DNA of 64,000 nt, from contig CBDAFS010000024.1 of NCBI GenBank assembly GCA_965195285.1, positions 1 to 64,000 of the forward strand, written 5' to 3'. The notes beneath the pieces were generated by a model that made no database searches, had not been told where the DNA came from, and saw only the letters and a program-made list of their open reading frames with translations. Position numbers and translations under genes: made by a program. Within the stretch, counting starts at the first letter, position 1, and every line of letters begins with the position of its first letter. The DNA comes from an uncultured Aminicenantes bacterium. Lineage in GTDB: Bacteria; Acidobacteriota; Aminicenantia; UBA2199. Shown in pieces: positions 9,332-19,463 of this stretch.

Positions 9332-10627
9332 TTACTTCAGGTTAAACAATTCACGCTTCTCCAGGGTCACGTTTATTCTCTTACCTTCCCGATCAATGTC
9401 TACCTCAAGGGCATTGCTGTCTCCCACCAACAAATTCGGTTGGAAAAAATATCTGCAATACTGCTCTAATGTCAATGGGCAAAGATTTTTTCTATTTATT
9501 GCCACAATCTTATCGCCTACTTTTATACCGGCGTCCGAGGCGGAAGAGTTTTCATATAAAGAGTTAACATACAGGTATTGGCCTTCTTTGTGATAGCCGA
9601 ACCAAAACCCAAAGGTATCTATGCCAACCTGGGGGCCGTAATCCGGCGGCACTGTCACCAGGATGTACTTATCTGCCCAATTTAATGTAAACACAGAATT
9701 TTTAAATAATTCGGTACCTACTTTGGGTTCGATGTTTTTCACAAAATCGACGGTACCGACATTCGGTTTCCACTCACCAATCTTCAGATCCTTTGTTTTT
9801 ATGGTATAAGCGGTCCCCACCTTCGTTCCCAGGGCTCCACCGGATACTTCACCATACCGTTTTATATAGGAAACGTCCGGATTTGATTTTCGGAGGGTCT
9901 CCCATTGCTTTATACTACCGGTAAGCCCACCGGTAGAACCTGAATCCACACTAAAGGACATCTCCCTGTGTCCGGCTATTGCAACCTTGATAACCGGGAT
10001 GCGTTGGATATTGGGATTGAAAGGTATCTTATAGTTATTTTCCGAATTAGTTCCCAGGTTCCGATCGTCCGTAATGACCATTTTCTGCTCTGGAAAATCG
10101 ATTTGCCATACGGGTGCCAATCGAATTAGATTCATCCCGATTACTCCATCGGCGGCATAACATGTTATATTCGGTGTTTCCACCAAGTCAAGGATTGCCG
10201 CCGCGGTATTGGAAAAATGGAGGCCTCCGATTCCTATATCTTTAATTTTAACAAATTGGAGCTTTCGGCGTCTCCGGGTGGTATCGGAGATACTGCTTTC
10301 TGCTTTCGTCTTAAGCCCGAACTCAACAGCGATTTCACTGGAAATCACATTGAAGGATGCGCCGGTATCAAAAATAAATCGATAGGTTTTGTCGGCGCCG
10401 TTGATTTTAACTGGAATAAACAACAATCCTCTGCGGAACGTACAGTTGACCTCGCTTCTAAAATTTTGTTGTTCAAACTTGCCGCTCAAGAAAAGCGGAC
10501 CCATTTTTACAATGGTGCATCCGTACATGACGAAAACGGTTCCCAATAGAGCGGATAACCTGATCACCGACACTCTTTTGTTCTTAAAATATCGTTTAAA
10601 ACTATAGGAAATTCCTTTTTTAATCAT
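9332..10627 (-). CDS. Double retropepsin-like aspartyl protease with C-terminal PDZ domain (probable lipoprotein)
   Basis: FIFDTGAS and FSVDSGS catalytic motifs, DGVIG, PDZ SSASDAGIKVGDKIVAIN; hydrophobic stretch ending MYGC. Confidence 0.88.
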   Translation of the reverse strand: MIKKGISYSFKRYFKNKRVSVIRLSALLGTVFVMYGCTIVKMGPLFLSGKFEQQNFRSEVNCTFRRGLLFIPVKINGADKTYRFIFDTGASFNVISSEIAVEFGLKTKAESSISDTTRRRRKLQFVKIKDIGIGGLHFSNTAAAILDLVETPNITCYAADGVIGMNLIRLAPVWQIDFPEQKMVITDDRNLGTNSENNYKIPFNPNIQRIPVIKVAIAGHREMSFSVDSGSTGGLTGSIKQWETLRKSNPDVSYIKRYGEVSGGALGTKVGTAYTIKTKDLKIGEWKPNVGTVDFVKNIEPKVGTELFKNSVFTLNWADKYILVTVPPDYGPQVGIDTFGFWFGYHKEGQYLYVNSLYENSSASDAGIKVGDKIVAINRKNLCPLTLEQYCRYFFQPNLLVGDSNALEVDIDREGKRINVTLEKRELFNLK

Positions 10628-10676
10628 ATAGAAATATTAATGATATGGATGTTAAATGTCAATGGATTGTGGTTTA

Positions 10677-10825
10677 ACAATTCGGGGGGCACCATACTTA
10701 ATTTTTCAAATATGGCTTATCCAAGGACATTATAATCGAATAATTAGGTATGATATACCTATAATTAGTCCCCCTTTTGCATATATAAAAAACATCCTGT
10801 TAAATAAATGGGATGTGTCCCTATT
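10677..10825. repeat. Copy 2 of the 90-bp element plus a copy of the 3545-3583 block
   Basis: 10677-10766 matches 3677-3767; AAAAACATCCTGTT..ATAAATGGGATGTGTCCCTATTT at about 10787-10825 matches about 3545-3583. Confidence 0.8.
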
Positions 10826-11061
10826 TTAATTTTGATCTTCATCGCTCAATAGAGAGTAGCCAACCATATCAAATAGAATAATATCTGTTGTATGAGTTTC
10901 AATTCGGATTTTATTACTCATTTTTTCATCCGTTTATATTGTATTATATTTTTTTAAATTTATTAGAAATATTTTTCATTTTCATTCTTATATAATTAAA
11001 TTTTAGGAAATATAATAAAGTAATAAACATTAATGAATACCATTTCATACCCTTTTATCAA

Positions 11062-14000
11062 TCAAAACAATTTCCCTTTAGAATATTTTTCAATTACATC
11101 CTCCAAAACATAAAGATTTTCACTAAGAAGATTAATAGCTTGATCGCGATCTTTGGTCTTAAGGTACCTATTTACAAATTTGAATATTTCATCAATATCC
11201 AATTTCGGGAAAAGTTTCTTAAAATTCTCCTTATAAACAGTGTATTTATTGTAGAATTCATAAAATAAAGCTTTTATTTCTTTATATATTTTAATATTTA
11301 AATCGAGTATTTTATTATGCAATTTATCAAGAAAATAATTATTTATATCTTTCTTGATTAGTCCTTCTTGCTTTTTCCAGACATATAGAGAGACGAGGCA
11401 CTCAAATAAATCATTTTTAAAGGAGAGTTCTTTATACTCTTTTGGCTCTTTCTTAGGTAGAATAGATATAATATCTTCTGGTATTTTTTGGGGTACTAAA
11501 GATTCCCATGAAATGTTTTCTTCATCAAATAATGAGCTTATTCTATATCCACCTTCGATAATTAGGTTGTCCTTAAATAATGGTATCAGGTAATAAAATG
11601 AAGGTTTATATTTAATTTTCGTTAATAATGGTAATAATTCTCCAAGGTTCGCCTCAGGAAAAACCAGATTATCTACAGTAAAATACAATGGTAAATATGA
11701 TAAAGGAAATTCAATAAAAACACGTTCAGCAACAATAGTATTTCTGTCATATAGAATTCTATTTACATCGTGTATAATCTTTTTATGAAATAATTCTTTA
11801 TTATATTTAATTTTTTCTTTATAGTCATAGATAGGAATTTTTTTCCAGTTATAAATATAGAATTCAAATAAATCAATTAATTTATTAGAAAGATTAATTT
11901 CCTTTTCTTTAAGCTCTAATAATCCGAAATAATCCATTGAGATAGATGAAACTAAATCAAAACCAACATATAAATCAGGTAGATGTTTTCGGTAATCTTT
12001 TAAATTATGTAATGCCAGTTTTCCAATATCTTCTTTTTTTTCTCGTTTAAAATATTCAAAAAATTGAAACATGAAATTTCTAAAATGTATTTGAGATTTC
12101 TGAATGTTTTTTTTGAAGCTTTCTTCTATTTCCTTTTTAGTCTGCAAAGGTGGTTTTTCTGAAACTGTATCAAGCAATCCAACAATTTCTACTGTCAAAT
12201 CTCCTCTATCAAACGCTTTATGAAAATCATATTTCTTACCTTGGATTATTTTTTTAAAACCAGTGTTCATGATTGACAAGAATTGAATTATTTTTTCTCT
12301 GAGTGTGTAATGATCTTTCTGAAATATATAGTAACTATCTGGAGAATAAGCATTTTCAATAATATCAAGCCACATTCTATTAAGATGTGCATAAAATCCA
12401 AGAGGCATATTTTCAGCAGGAATTCTTTTTTCAGTATCTTTGATTGATGGCTCGAGATCAAATGGTAGTATATTAATAGCATGAGAAGAATATTTTGAAC
12501 AAAACGGCAAAGCTTCTCTATATTTTTCAAGCCTGCTCATGGCCTGCTCATTAGGGGATAAACCATTATTTAACTGAATAAAATTAATAGTCAGTTCATT
12601 ATTCTCAATTACCAGATCAAGCGAATCTGTTTTATATTGTAAAAAGCTATGAAAATCATCATGACATTGATTGTACCATTTAAAGAATTCGTTCTTGTCA
12701 TATTCATAAAGTCCTGAAATCAACTTATATAGTGCCTTCTCATTATATTTCTCAAAATTTTTGACCTCTTTGAATTGCTCTGAAAAAAAGGAAGTATCAA
12801 TTTTTATTCCAGCAAATTTTAGCCAGTAAAATATGTCGCGAGCATTTAACAATGAATCTTTTTCAAACTTGTTGATTATCTTTTTTGTATCGATTAATTC
12901 AGCAAATATTCGACACAGCTCATTACCTCTGGGCTCTCTACTAATTTTAGATAAAATAATTTTAAGTTTTTCTATGGTCTCATTATTTTTAATATTTTCT
13001 AAACTATCAATAGCATTAATCATATTTGTTGGAGTTGTACTCATTCCCAATAAGGAAACTCCGGAATGTCCCTTTAAATCAAAGGCTTCATCAAAATTCA
13101 CCTTGTTCTTCTTAAAAAAGCACTGTTCTCCGCCCAGGAATAGACCTTTAAAGATTTGTTCTATCACTTTTAGCGAATTATTCCCAATATTAGAATTTAG
13201 ATTATTCATGATTTCATAGTTATCTATATCATCATGAATAATGCAATTTGATATATAATAGGCCAAATTATTTTCAGGAATAAGGGCTAATAATTTCACA
13301 GCTGTTTCTGTTAAACTATAAATTTGTCTGTGTAGCAAACTAACTAAATGTTGTGACCTAACCCAGTGTAGTCCCTGCAAAACACCATCTTTTATCTCAA
13401 TGTACTCATCTTTTAAAGAATCAAAAATATGCTTAGGATCAGTCTTAAAAGAGATATGTTGTAATATTTTTTTTATAGTAACTGTAGAGTTAAGAAAATC
13501 AGCTGTTGATATAAGACGCAATATTTCAATTTTTGTTTTATCTTCACTTAATTCAGAAATTTGTTTTATTTGTCTATCAAGCCGTTCTTTCAGCATTTCA
13601 CCATGAGTTAGCAAATAGACATATTCCATTAGTAAGTGAGGTTCGTCCATTCTCTCAAAAGCCCATTGATATGAAACAACATTATCATGAATTCTATTTT
13701 GTTTTGAAAATGTATCATAGATTTCTTTAGCTTCTTTTAAATCAAGATCAGGTTGAATGATCTCATAATTGGATACATTGGGATTACTGAAACGAAACCA
13801 ATCTTCATGACGAATCGTCACTAAAACTCTTATTCCCATTTCTGAGCAAAATCCGGTAACTTCTGGCCATAAGGCTGTTTGAAAATCTGCATTATCTATT
13901 AAAAGAAGAATTGGAAAATTAAACTTTTTTATATATTTAAGAAAATCTTTTACCAGTTCGACCTCTTTTGAGGTTTGGACTGATTTTAAAATATAAATAT

Positions 14001-14937
14001 ATTTTTCATCCCAAAAATCATGAGCATATCGATAAAGAAGAGAAGATTTACCCTGGCCGCTTGATGCCCTGATAATACAAACGTTGGCACCATTAATACC
14101 TTTGTCAATTTTATCTAACCATTTATTCCTTAATATATCAAGTTGTAATTCTATATGTCCAGAGCGAACTTTTTTGCCATCATAAAAATCATCAGGATTA
14201 GCATCTTTTTGCCATTCTAACTTTGACATCAATCCATCTCCGATAGCAGAGAATTCCTTCTGTCTTGTGATATTCTCACTCAAATCTTTCCATATTTCAT
14301 CCAGTAAAATTTTAGTAATAAATTCCCTTTTTTCCGCTTTATTTAAAAAAAGTGCAAATAATGAATCGATGAAAATCTCTGCCATTTTATTAGAAGAAAT
14401 ATTGAAAAGGTTTAGCAAAATCTTATTTAGGGAGGTCAAGAGTTCCTCTTCATTAATCGTAATTAAATTAATATTTTTATAAAATGTTGAGTCAGTTATT
14501 CCAATATCATTATTTATCTTTCTAACTTTGTTTTCTATTCGAGCCTTATTTTTAGCTTGAAATTGAATATTTTCTGTTAACATTAACCAGTCATTGTTGT
14601 GATGAAAATTTGTAACTAGAATAAATTGTGATTTATTGTCTAAAGAATATGTTTCAAAAAATGATTTAAATACTTCCGTATATTTAGCCCAATTCCAACA
14701 AGTTTCAGATGTTTTTACCTGAATGTATTTATTATTTGATTGTAATCCTTTTAGATCTAAATCTTCTATTCCTTCAAGATGTATCTGAAAATCTGGATTT
14801 ATCGTATATTCTTCAAACGCTTTATAAATAGAATATAAAATTTGATAACGGATACCTTTAATATTTACAGAGCCATGAAAGCGTGCTTTTATAATACTAT
14901 CAAGAGAAGGATATTTTTTATACCTATTTTTTTTCAT
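11062..14937 (-). CDS. Putative anti-phage protein: N-terminal PD-(D/E)xK (Cap4-like) nuclease, STAND-like P-loop NTPase, long helical C-terminus
   Basis: KGIRYQ...EGIEDLD...YIQVKT nuclease pattern; Walker A ASSGQGKS; Walker B LLLIDN; VLVTIR; very AT-rich. Confidence 0.7.
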   Translation of the reverse strand: MKKNRYKKYPSLDSIIKARFHGSVNIKGIRYQILYSIYKAFEEYTINPDFQIHLEGIEDLDLKGLQSNNKYIQVKTSETCWNWAKYTEVFKSFFETYSLDNKSQFILVTNFHHNNDWLMLTENIQFQAKNKARIENKVRKINNDIGITDSTFYKNINLITINEEELLTSLNKILLNLFNISSNKMAEIFIDSLFALFLNKAEKREFITKILLDEIWKDLSENITRQKEFSAIGDGLMSKLEWQKDANPDDFYDGKKVRSGHIELQLDILRNKWLDKIDKGINGANVCIIRASSGQGKSSLLYRYAHDFWDEKYIYILKSVQTSKEVELVKDFLKYIKKFNFPILLLIDNADFQTALWPEVTGFCSEMGIRVLVTIRHEDWFRFSNPNVSNYEIIQPDLDLKEAKEIYDTFSKQNRIHDNVVSYQWAFERMDEPHLLMEYVYLLTHGEMLKERLDRQIKQISELSEDKTKIEILRLISTADFLNSTVTIKKILQHISFKTDPKHIFDSLKDEYIEIKDGVLQGLHWVRSQHLVSLLHRQIYSLTETAVKLLALIPENNLAYYISNCIIHDDIDNYEIMNNLNSNIGNNSLKVIEQIFKGLFLGGEQCFFKKNKVNFDEAFDLKGHSGVSLLGMSTTPTNMINAIDSLENIKNNETIEKLKIILSKISREPRGNELCRIFAELIDTKKIINKFEKDSLLNARDIFYWLKFAGIKIDTSFFSEQFKEVKNFEKYNEKALYKLISGLYEYDKNEFFKWYNQCHDDFHSFLQYKTDSLDLVIENNELTINFIQLNNGLSPNEQAMSRLEKYREALPFCSKYSSHAINILPFDLEPSIKDTEKRIPAENMPLGFYAHLNRMWLDIIENAYSPDSYYIFQKDHYTLREKIIQFLSIMNTGFKKIIQGKKYDFHKAFDRGDLTVEIVGLLDTVSEKPPLQTKKEIEESFKKNIQKSQIHFRNFMFQFFEYFKREKKEDIGKLALHNLKDYRKHLPDLYVGFDLVSSISMDYFGLLELKEKEINLSNKLIDLFEFYIYNWKKIPIYDYKEKIKYNKELFHKKIIHDVNRILYDRNTIVAERVFIEFPLSYLPLYFTVDNLVFPEANLGELLPLLTKIKYKPSFYYLIPLFKDNLIIEGGYRISSLFDEENISWESLVPQKIPEDIISILPKKEPKEYKELSFKNDLFECLVSLYVWKKQEGLIKKDINNYFLDKLHNKILDLNIKIYKEIKALFYEFYNKYTVYKENFKKLFPKLDIDEIFKFVNRYLKTKDRDQAINLLSENLYVLEDVIEKYSKGKLF

Positions 14938-14969
14938 TATTGAAATCTTCTAAAGTATGTAAGTTCTTC

Positions 14970-16667
14970 TTACCTACTCTCTTTCTCAACAATCTTAATC
15001 TCATCCTTGGTTAATCCATACAATTCATAAACCAGTTGGTCGATCCGGTTATCTAAAATATCAATCTGTTTTTTGAACATTATTTTTTCATTTTCAGTCT
15101 TGGCATTATGATATTTTTTTTGAATTCCAAGCATTTGTTCAACCATTTCAACCATTTTGTTGTATTTGTTCTTTTCTTTTTGATTCTCAAAGTTTAGTTC
15201 TGGAATTGGAAGTAGACTCATATATTGCCGTTTCCATCTAAAAAATCCTCCTCTAATTTCAGAACTAATCATTGAAAACATAAATGTATATAATTTAGAA
15301 TTTAGAATACCTAAAAGATATTTTGAAGAAGTTCCAAGTATATATGCAGTCATATCACAATATAAATGGTTTACATCCAATGTGAATTGTCCTTTGGTGG
15401 CGATTTCAGAATAAATTATTTTTGGTTTTTCAAATTCCGAATAATAATCACAAGCTCGTAACTCCCACCAATAATCTCCCTTATCCGTTCTTTTTTTTGC
15501 AGCATTGAAAAAAGGATGTATATAATATGCAATAGCAGGATAATTCTTTTTAAACCACAGCCATGCTTCTCTATTGTTTTTGCAATGCTTTAGTGTCCAT
15601 CCTTTAGGTATAAATATTAGATATTTTTCACTCTTTGGTGTTTTATATCTTTTTATATCTCTTCCAAAAAGAAATGGTTTGATGAGTTCATCATTTTTAG
15701 GATTTTTAGCTATTAGTCTTTTGCGGGTTTCTGAGTCTATAACAAATGCTTTATTCAAACCTGTTTTAAGTCCAATATAGATCTTCTTCTTAACATATTC
15801 TATAAAAGGTTTTCCTTGAACTTTAAATTTGTTAAAAAGTAACTGTTTTTTTTCATCAATCAGTGTCCAACCATTATCATTAAGATAATTTGATTTAACA
15901 AAAAAACTTTTTTTTATTATATATTCTTTAAGATTTAAAGCATAAAGACTTTCCACAATAGTAGCTTTGAAATAATTTTTTCTTTCATAATTTGAAATTA
16001 AAAGGATACATGGATACGTGGATACATTCTGAAATACAGGTAAGTCACCAAAGTCTATAATTTCTAATATATTTTTTTGTTTGAGAAATTTCCTTAATTG
16101 TTCACCATATCCCGCCCTCATCCATTTATTGGCGACTATAATCCCAAAATATCCACCTTGTTTCAATATATTTAGTCCCTTTTCAATAAAAAAAACATAT
16201 ATATCTGCAATGCCATTATAGACTTTATAATGAGTTTCAAAATAATTTTTATATTCTCCCAGCATCTCTTGACGAACATACGGGGGATTGCCGATTATTA
16301 TGTCGAAGCCGCCTTGGGTGAAGATGTCGGGGAATTCTTGGGGCCAGTCAAAGACATTTATTCTGCGGGTGGTTTCTTCGTCCTGGAAGAGATTCATCTG
16401 GCCGGTATCGTAGAAGTCGGATCCGATCAGGGAATTGCCGCACTTGACCTTGCCCTTGATCTCGACCCGGTCTTCTCTCACCACATCCCGGTACTGCTCG
16501 GAATATCCGTTTTTGTTGTAAACATCCCAGCCCAAGAGCTCGAAGAATTTGTCGATGAAATCGGCCCGGGCCTTGGCCTCATCGTAATGTTTTCCCTTAT
16601 ACTGCTTGAGGTTGTGTTGAAAAAGATCGATTAATTTTTTTAGTTTAGTAATATTTTCTTGTTCCAA
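14970..16667 (-). pseudogene. Internally deleted type IIG (Eco57I/TaqI-like) restriction-modification gene
   Basis: Type IIG N-terminus (YDEAKARADFIDKFFELLGWDV..VVRED) joined in frame to KCGNSLIG, GFDIIIGNPPY and a TaqI-C-like TRD; no nuclease PD..EAK and no SAM-binding DPACGSG. Confidence 0.75.
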
Positions 16668-16701
16668 TGTTAAATAATATCTCTCCTTTTTTACAAATTT
16701 A

Positions 16702-16730
16702 ATAATAAAGAACTATTACATTCTTGTCAA
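16702..16730 (-). promoter_or_regulatory. Sigma70 promoter of the MTase-remnant/nuclease-NTPase pair
   Basis: TTGACA (16730-16725), 17 nt, TATTAT (16707-16702); AAAGGAGAG SD at about 16689-16681. Confidence 0.65.
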
Positions 16731-16776
16731 TTAAATTCCGGAATTTATCTTCTCGCGTCGTCATAAATCACATTTT

Positions 16777-16997
16777 AAATCCGAAATCCGAATATCTAAA
16801 TCCCAAACAAATTCAAATGACCAAAATCATAATGATCAAAACAATATCACAAATAATGACCTTTATTCATGGGCAAACCGCTAATCTGTCTTCTAACTCC
16901 TGACTTCTATCTACTGAGCTAAGCTTATTTTTATTTTGAATTTTAATCATTGGGATTTCGTGCTTGTTTCGAATTTAGTGCTTCGTGCTTCGAATTT
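16777..16997. repeat. Inverted pair of degenerate heptamer tandem arrays
   Basis: AAATCCG-AAATCCG-AATATCT-AAATCCC... (about 16777-16842) versus ...TTCGAAT-TTAGTGC-TTCGTGC-TTCGAAT (about 16935-16997); half copy at 3815-3848. Confidence 0.65.
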
Positions 16998-17152
16998 CAA
17001 CTGAGGGAAGGTCAATTACCGGACGGGTGAACGATACATGAACTGCTTCCAATTATTTTTATGAAGACTGAATACTTTCCATTTTACAGTTGACATATTA
17101 TACTTTATTACATAAAATTTCTTCTTGGTAATTCAAAAAAAAGGGAGGATTT

Positions 17153-19396
17153 ATGTTAAAAAAAACTCTTTTCTCAGCAGTTATTATAATTTTCTTTAAT
17201 ATAATTTTAATTCCTTCATCGGGAATAAAAAATAAAAATTCCTTAATTCATCATCATTTGCAGGTGGAATTATTTCCTGCTGAATCTTTTATCAGGGTAC
17301 ATGACATCATTACAATTCCCCGGACGATTAAAGAAAAGAACCTTTTTTTCTTACTTCATGAAAATCTAAAAATCATTTCAAATTCAACCCAAATAACAGT
17401 ATTGAAACAGAGTGAAAAAATTAAGGCAGATTTTTTCAAAAACCATCCAGCCGCATTGTTGTTAAATGAAAAGATATCACTGAACCTCTATTCTATTCAT
17501 TCGTTAAACAAAAGTGATCAAAAATCCAGGATTTCACTGATTTATGAAGGTCGTATCTATCATCCGATTGAAAGAATTGATAAAGAGTATGCCAGGGGTT
17601 TCAGCGAAACTCCTGGAATAATTTCAGAAAAAGGTGTTTTCCTGACAGGATCTTCCAGCTGGGTTCCCTGGTTTAATGATGAATTAATGACATTCACTGT
17701 AGACTCAACTTTGCCGGGCTCATGGGATGTGATTTCTCAGGGGAAACGAATTCGTCATGAAAAAAAGGATAATCGAAAACAAACAACCTGGGATTCCCCC
17801 AATCCGGTGGATGAAATCTTCTTAATTGCCAATAACTTCACGGAATATAAAAAAATGTGTGATGATGTTGAAATATTAGCATTCCTTCGTTCCCCTGATG
17901 ATTCATTGGCTCAACGTTATCTTTCCACTACCTGTCAATATCTCGACATGTATCAATCCCTTATTGGACCCTACCCTTACTCTAAATTTGCCTTAATAGA
18001 AAATTTCTGGGAAACAGGATACGGGATGCCATCCTTTACTTTGCTCGGACCCCGAGTGATTCGTTTTCCTTTTATACTGCATTCATCCTATCCACACGAA
18101 ATTTTACACAACTGGTGGGGAAACGGAGTTTTTGTGAATTATGAAACGGGGAACTGGTGTGAAGGAATCACTGCCTATATGGCGGATCATCTGATAAAAG
18201 AACAGAAGGGGCAGGGTATAGAGTACAGGAGAACAACACTCCAGAATTACTCAGATTATGTTAATAAACATCAAGATTTCCCCTTATCACAATTCAAATT
18301 CAGACATGATGCTGCATCTGCAGCAGTGGGTTATGGGAAGGCGCTGATGGTTTTTCATATGCTGCGCAATAAAGTTGGTGACAATCTTTTTATTAGATCC
18401 TGGCAAAAATTCTTCAAGGATAATAAGTTTAAAAAAGCTTCTTTTAATGACATCAGAAAAGCATTTGAGATGGTCTGCCATAAAGATTTCAAAGGTTTTT
18501 TTAAACAGTGGATTTCCAGTACCGGAGCCCCGGAACTTAAGATTACTGATATGAATATTTATAGTGAAAAAAAGTGCTATAAACTTAAATTTCGTCTTTC
18601 ACAGATTCAGAAAGGAAGACTTTTTATTCTGGATATCCCGGTTGCTGTATCCCTGAAAAATCAAAAAGAAGCAATAATTAAGAAAATCACATTAAAAAAT
18701 AGACAACAAGACTATATTTTTTCCTTCTTTCACCTTCCGACAGGCATGAAAGTTGATCCTCAATTTGATGTTTTTAGAAAAATACATTATCTGGAAGTAC
18801 CTCCTGCTCTGTCCAGAGCATTTGGAGCCCAGGAGGCATTAATCATACTACCTTCCCAGGCTGAGTCTACTTTATTAGCAGGTTACCGGGAACTGGCCCG
18901 GAAGTGGGCAAAAAAAAGAGGGGATAACATTAAGATTCAATTGGATAATAATGTTAAAACAATTCCCAAGAACCGAACAGTCTGGATCATGGGTTGGGAA
19001 AACATACATAAGCAGTATGTTTCAGAAGAATTGAAAAACCATGACTGTAATATAGGAGAAAAAACCATTGTTGTAGAAGGTGAAGAGGTCTCGATTTTTA
19101 ATAAAAGTTTGGTCATAACGTTAAGAAATTCCATCCACAGATCCCAGGTTATGGTGTTTTTAGCAACCGAAAAAATCAAAGCCCTACCGGGGCTTTCCAG
19201 AAAGCTCCCCCATTATGGGAAATATAGTTATCTGGTCTTTGATGGTCATGAGCCTACAAACATCAAAAAAGGACAGTGGTCTATAACTGAGTCGCCATTG
19301 ATTATTAATCTCAGAGAACCGGGAACCTCCTTAACGCATGGTAGGTTACCTCGACGAAAACCTCTCATTGAACGATCACAATTTTTTTCACATTAA
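17153..19396 (+). CDS. Secreted M1 family zinc aminopeptidase
   Basis: Signal peptide; GYGMPS, HEILHNWWGN...WCEG, YGK; promoter TTGACA-17-TAAAAT at 17090-17118. Confidence 0.9.
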   Translation: MLKKTLFSAVIIIFFNIILIPSSGIKNKNSLIHHHLQVELFPAESFIRVHDIITIPRTIKEKNLFFLLHENLKIISNSTQITVLKQSEKIKADFFKNHPAALLLNEKISLNLYSIHSLNKSDQKSRISLIYEGRIYHPIERIDKEYARGFSETPGIISEKGVFLTGSSSWVPWFNDELMTFTVDSTLPGSWDVISQGKRIRHEKKDNRKQTTWDSPNPVDEIFLIANNFTEYKKMCDDVEILAFLRSPDDSLAQRYLSTTCQYLDMYQSLIGPYPYSKFALIENFWETGYGMPSFTLLGPRVIRFPFILHSSYPHEILHNWWGNGVFVNYETGNWCEGITAYMADHLIKEQKGQGIEYRRTTLQNYSDYVNKHQDFPLSQFKFRHDAASAAVGYGKALMVFHMLRNKVGDNLFIRSWQKFFKDNKFKKASFNDIRKAFEMVCHKDFKGFFKQWISSTGAPELKITDMNIYSEKKCYKLKFRLSQIQKGRLFILDIPVAVSLKNQKEAIIKKITLKNRQQDYIFSFFHLPTGMKVDPQFDVFRKIHYLEVPPALSRAFGAQEALIILPSQAESTLLAGYRELARKWAKKRGDNIKIQLDNNVKTIPKNRTVWIMGWENIHKQYVSEELKNHDCNIGEKTIVVEGEEVSIFNKSLVITLRNSIHRSQVMVFLATEKIKALPGLSRKLPHYGKYSYLVFDGHEPTNIKKGQWSITESPLIINLREPGTSLTHGRLPRRKPLIERSQFFSH

Positions 19397-19463
19397 CCAA
19401 TCAATATGGTTGAATTTATTCCGGTTTTGGTGTAAAAGTTTATCTTAAAAGAGGAGGTGAAAT

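Noticed and set aside
3500-10830. CRISPR array or integron attC array as the explanation for the repeats
   Set aside because: No constant-length repeat/spacer periodicity, no cas or integrase gene, and no RYYYAAC...GTTRRRY palindromic sites seen at gene ends
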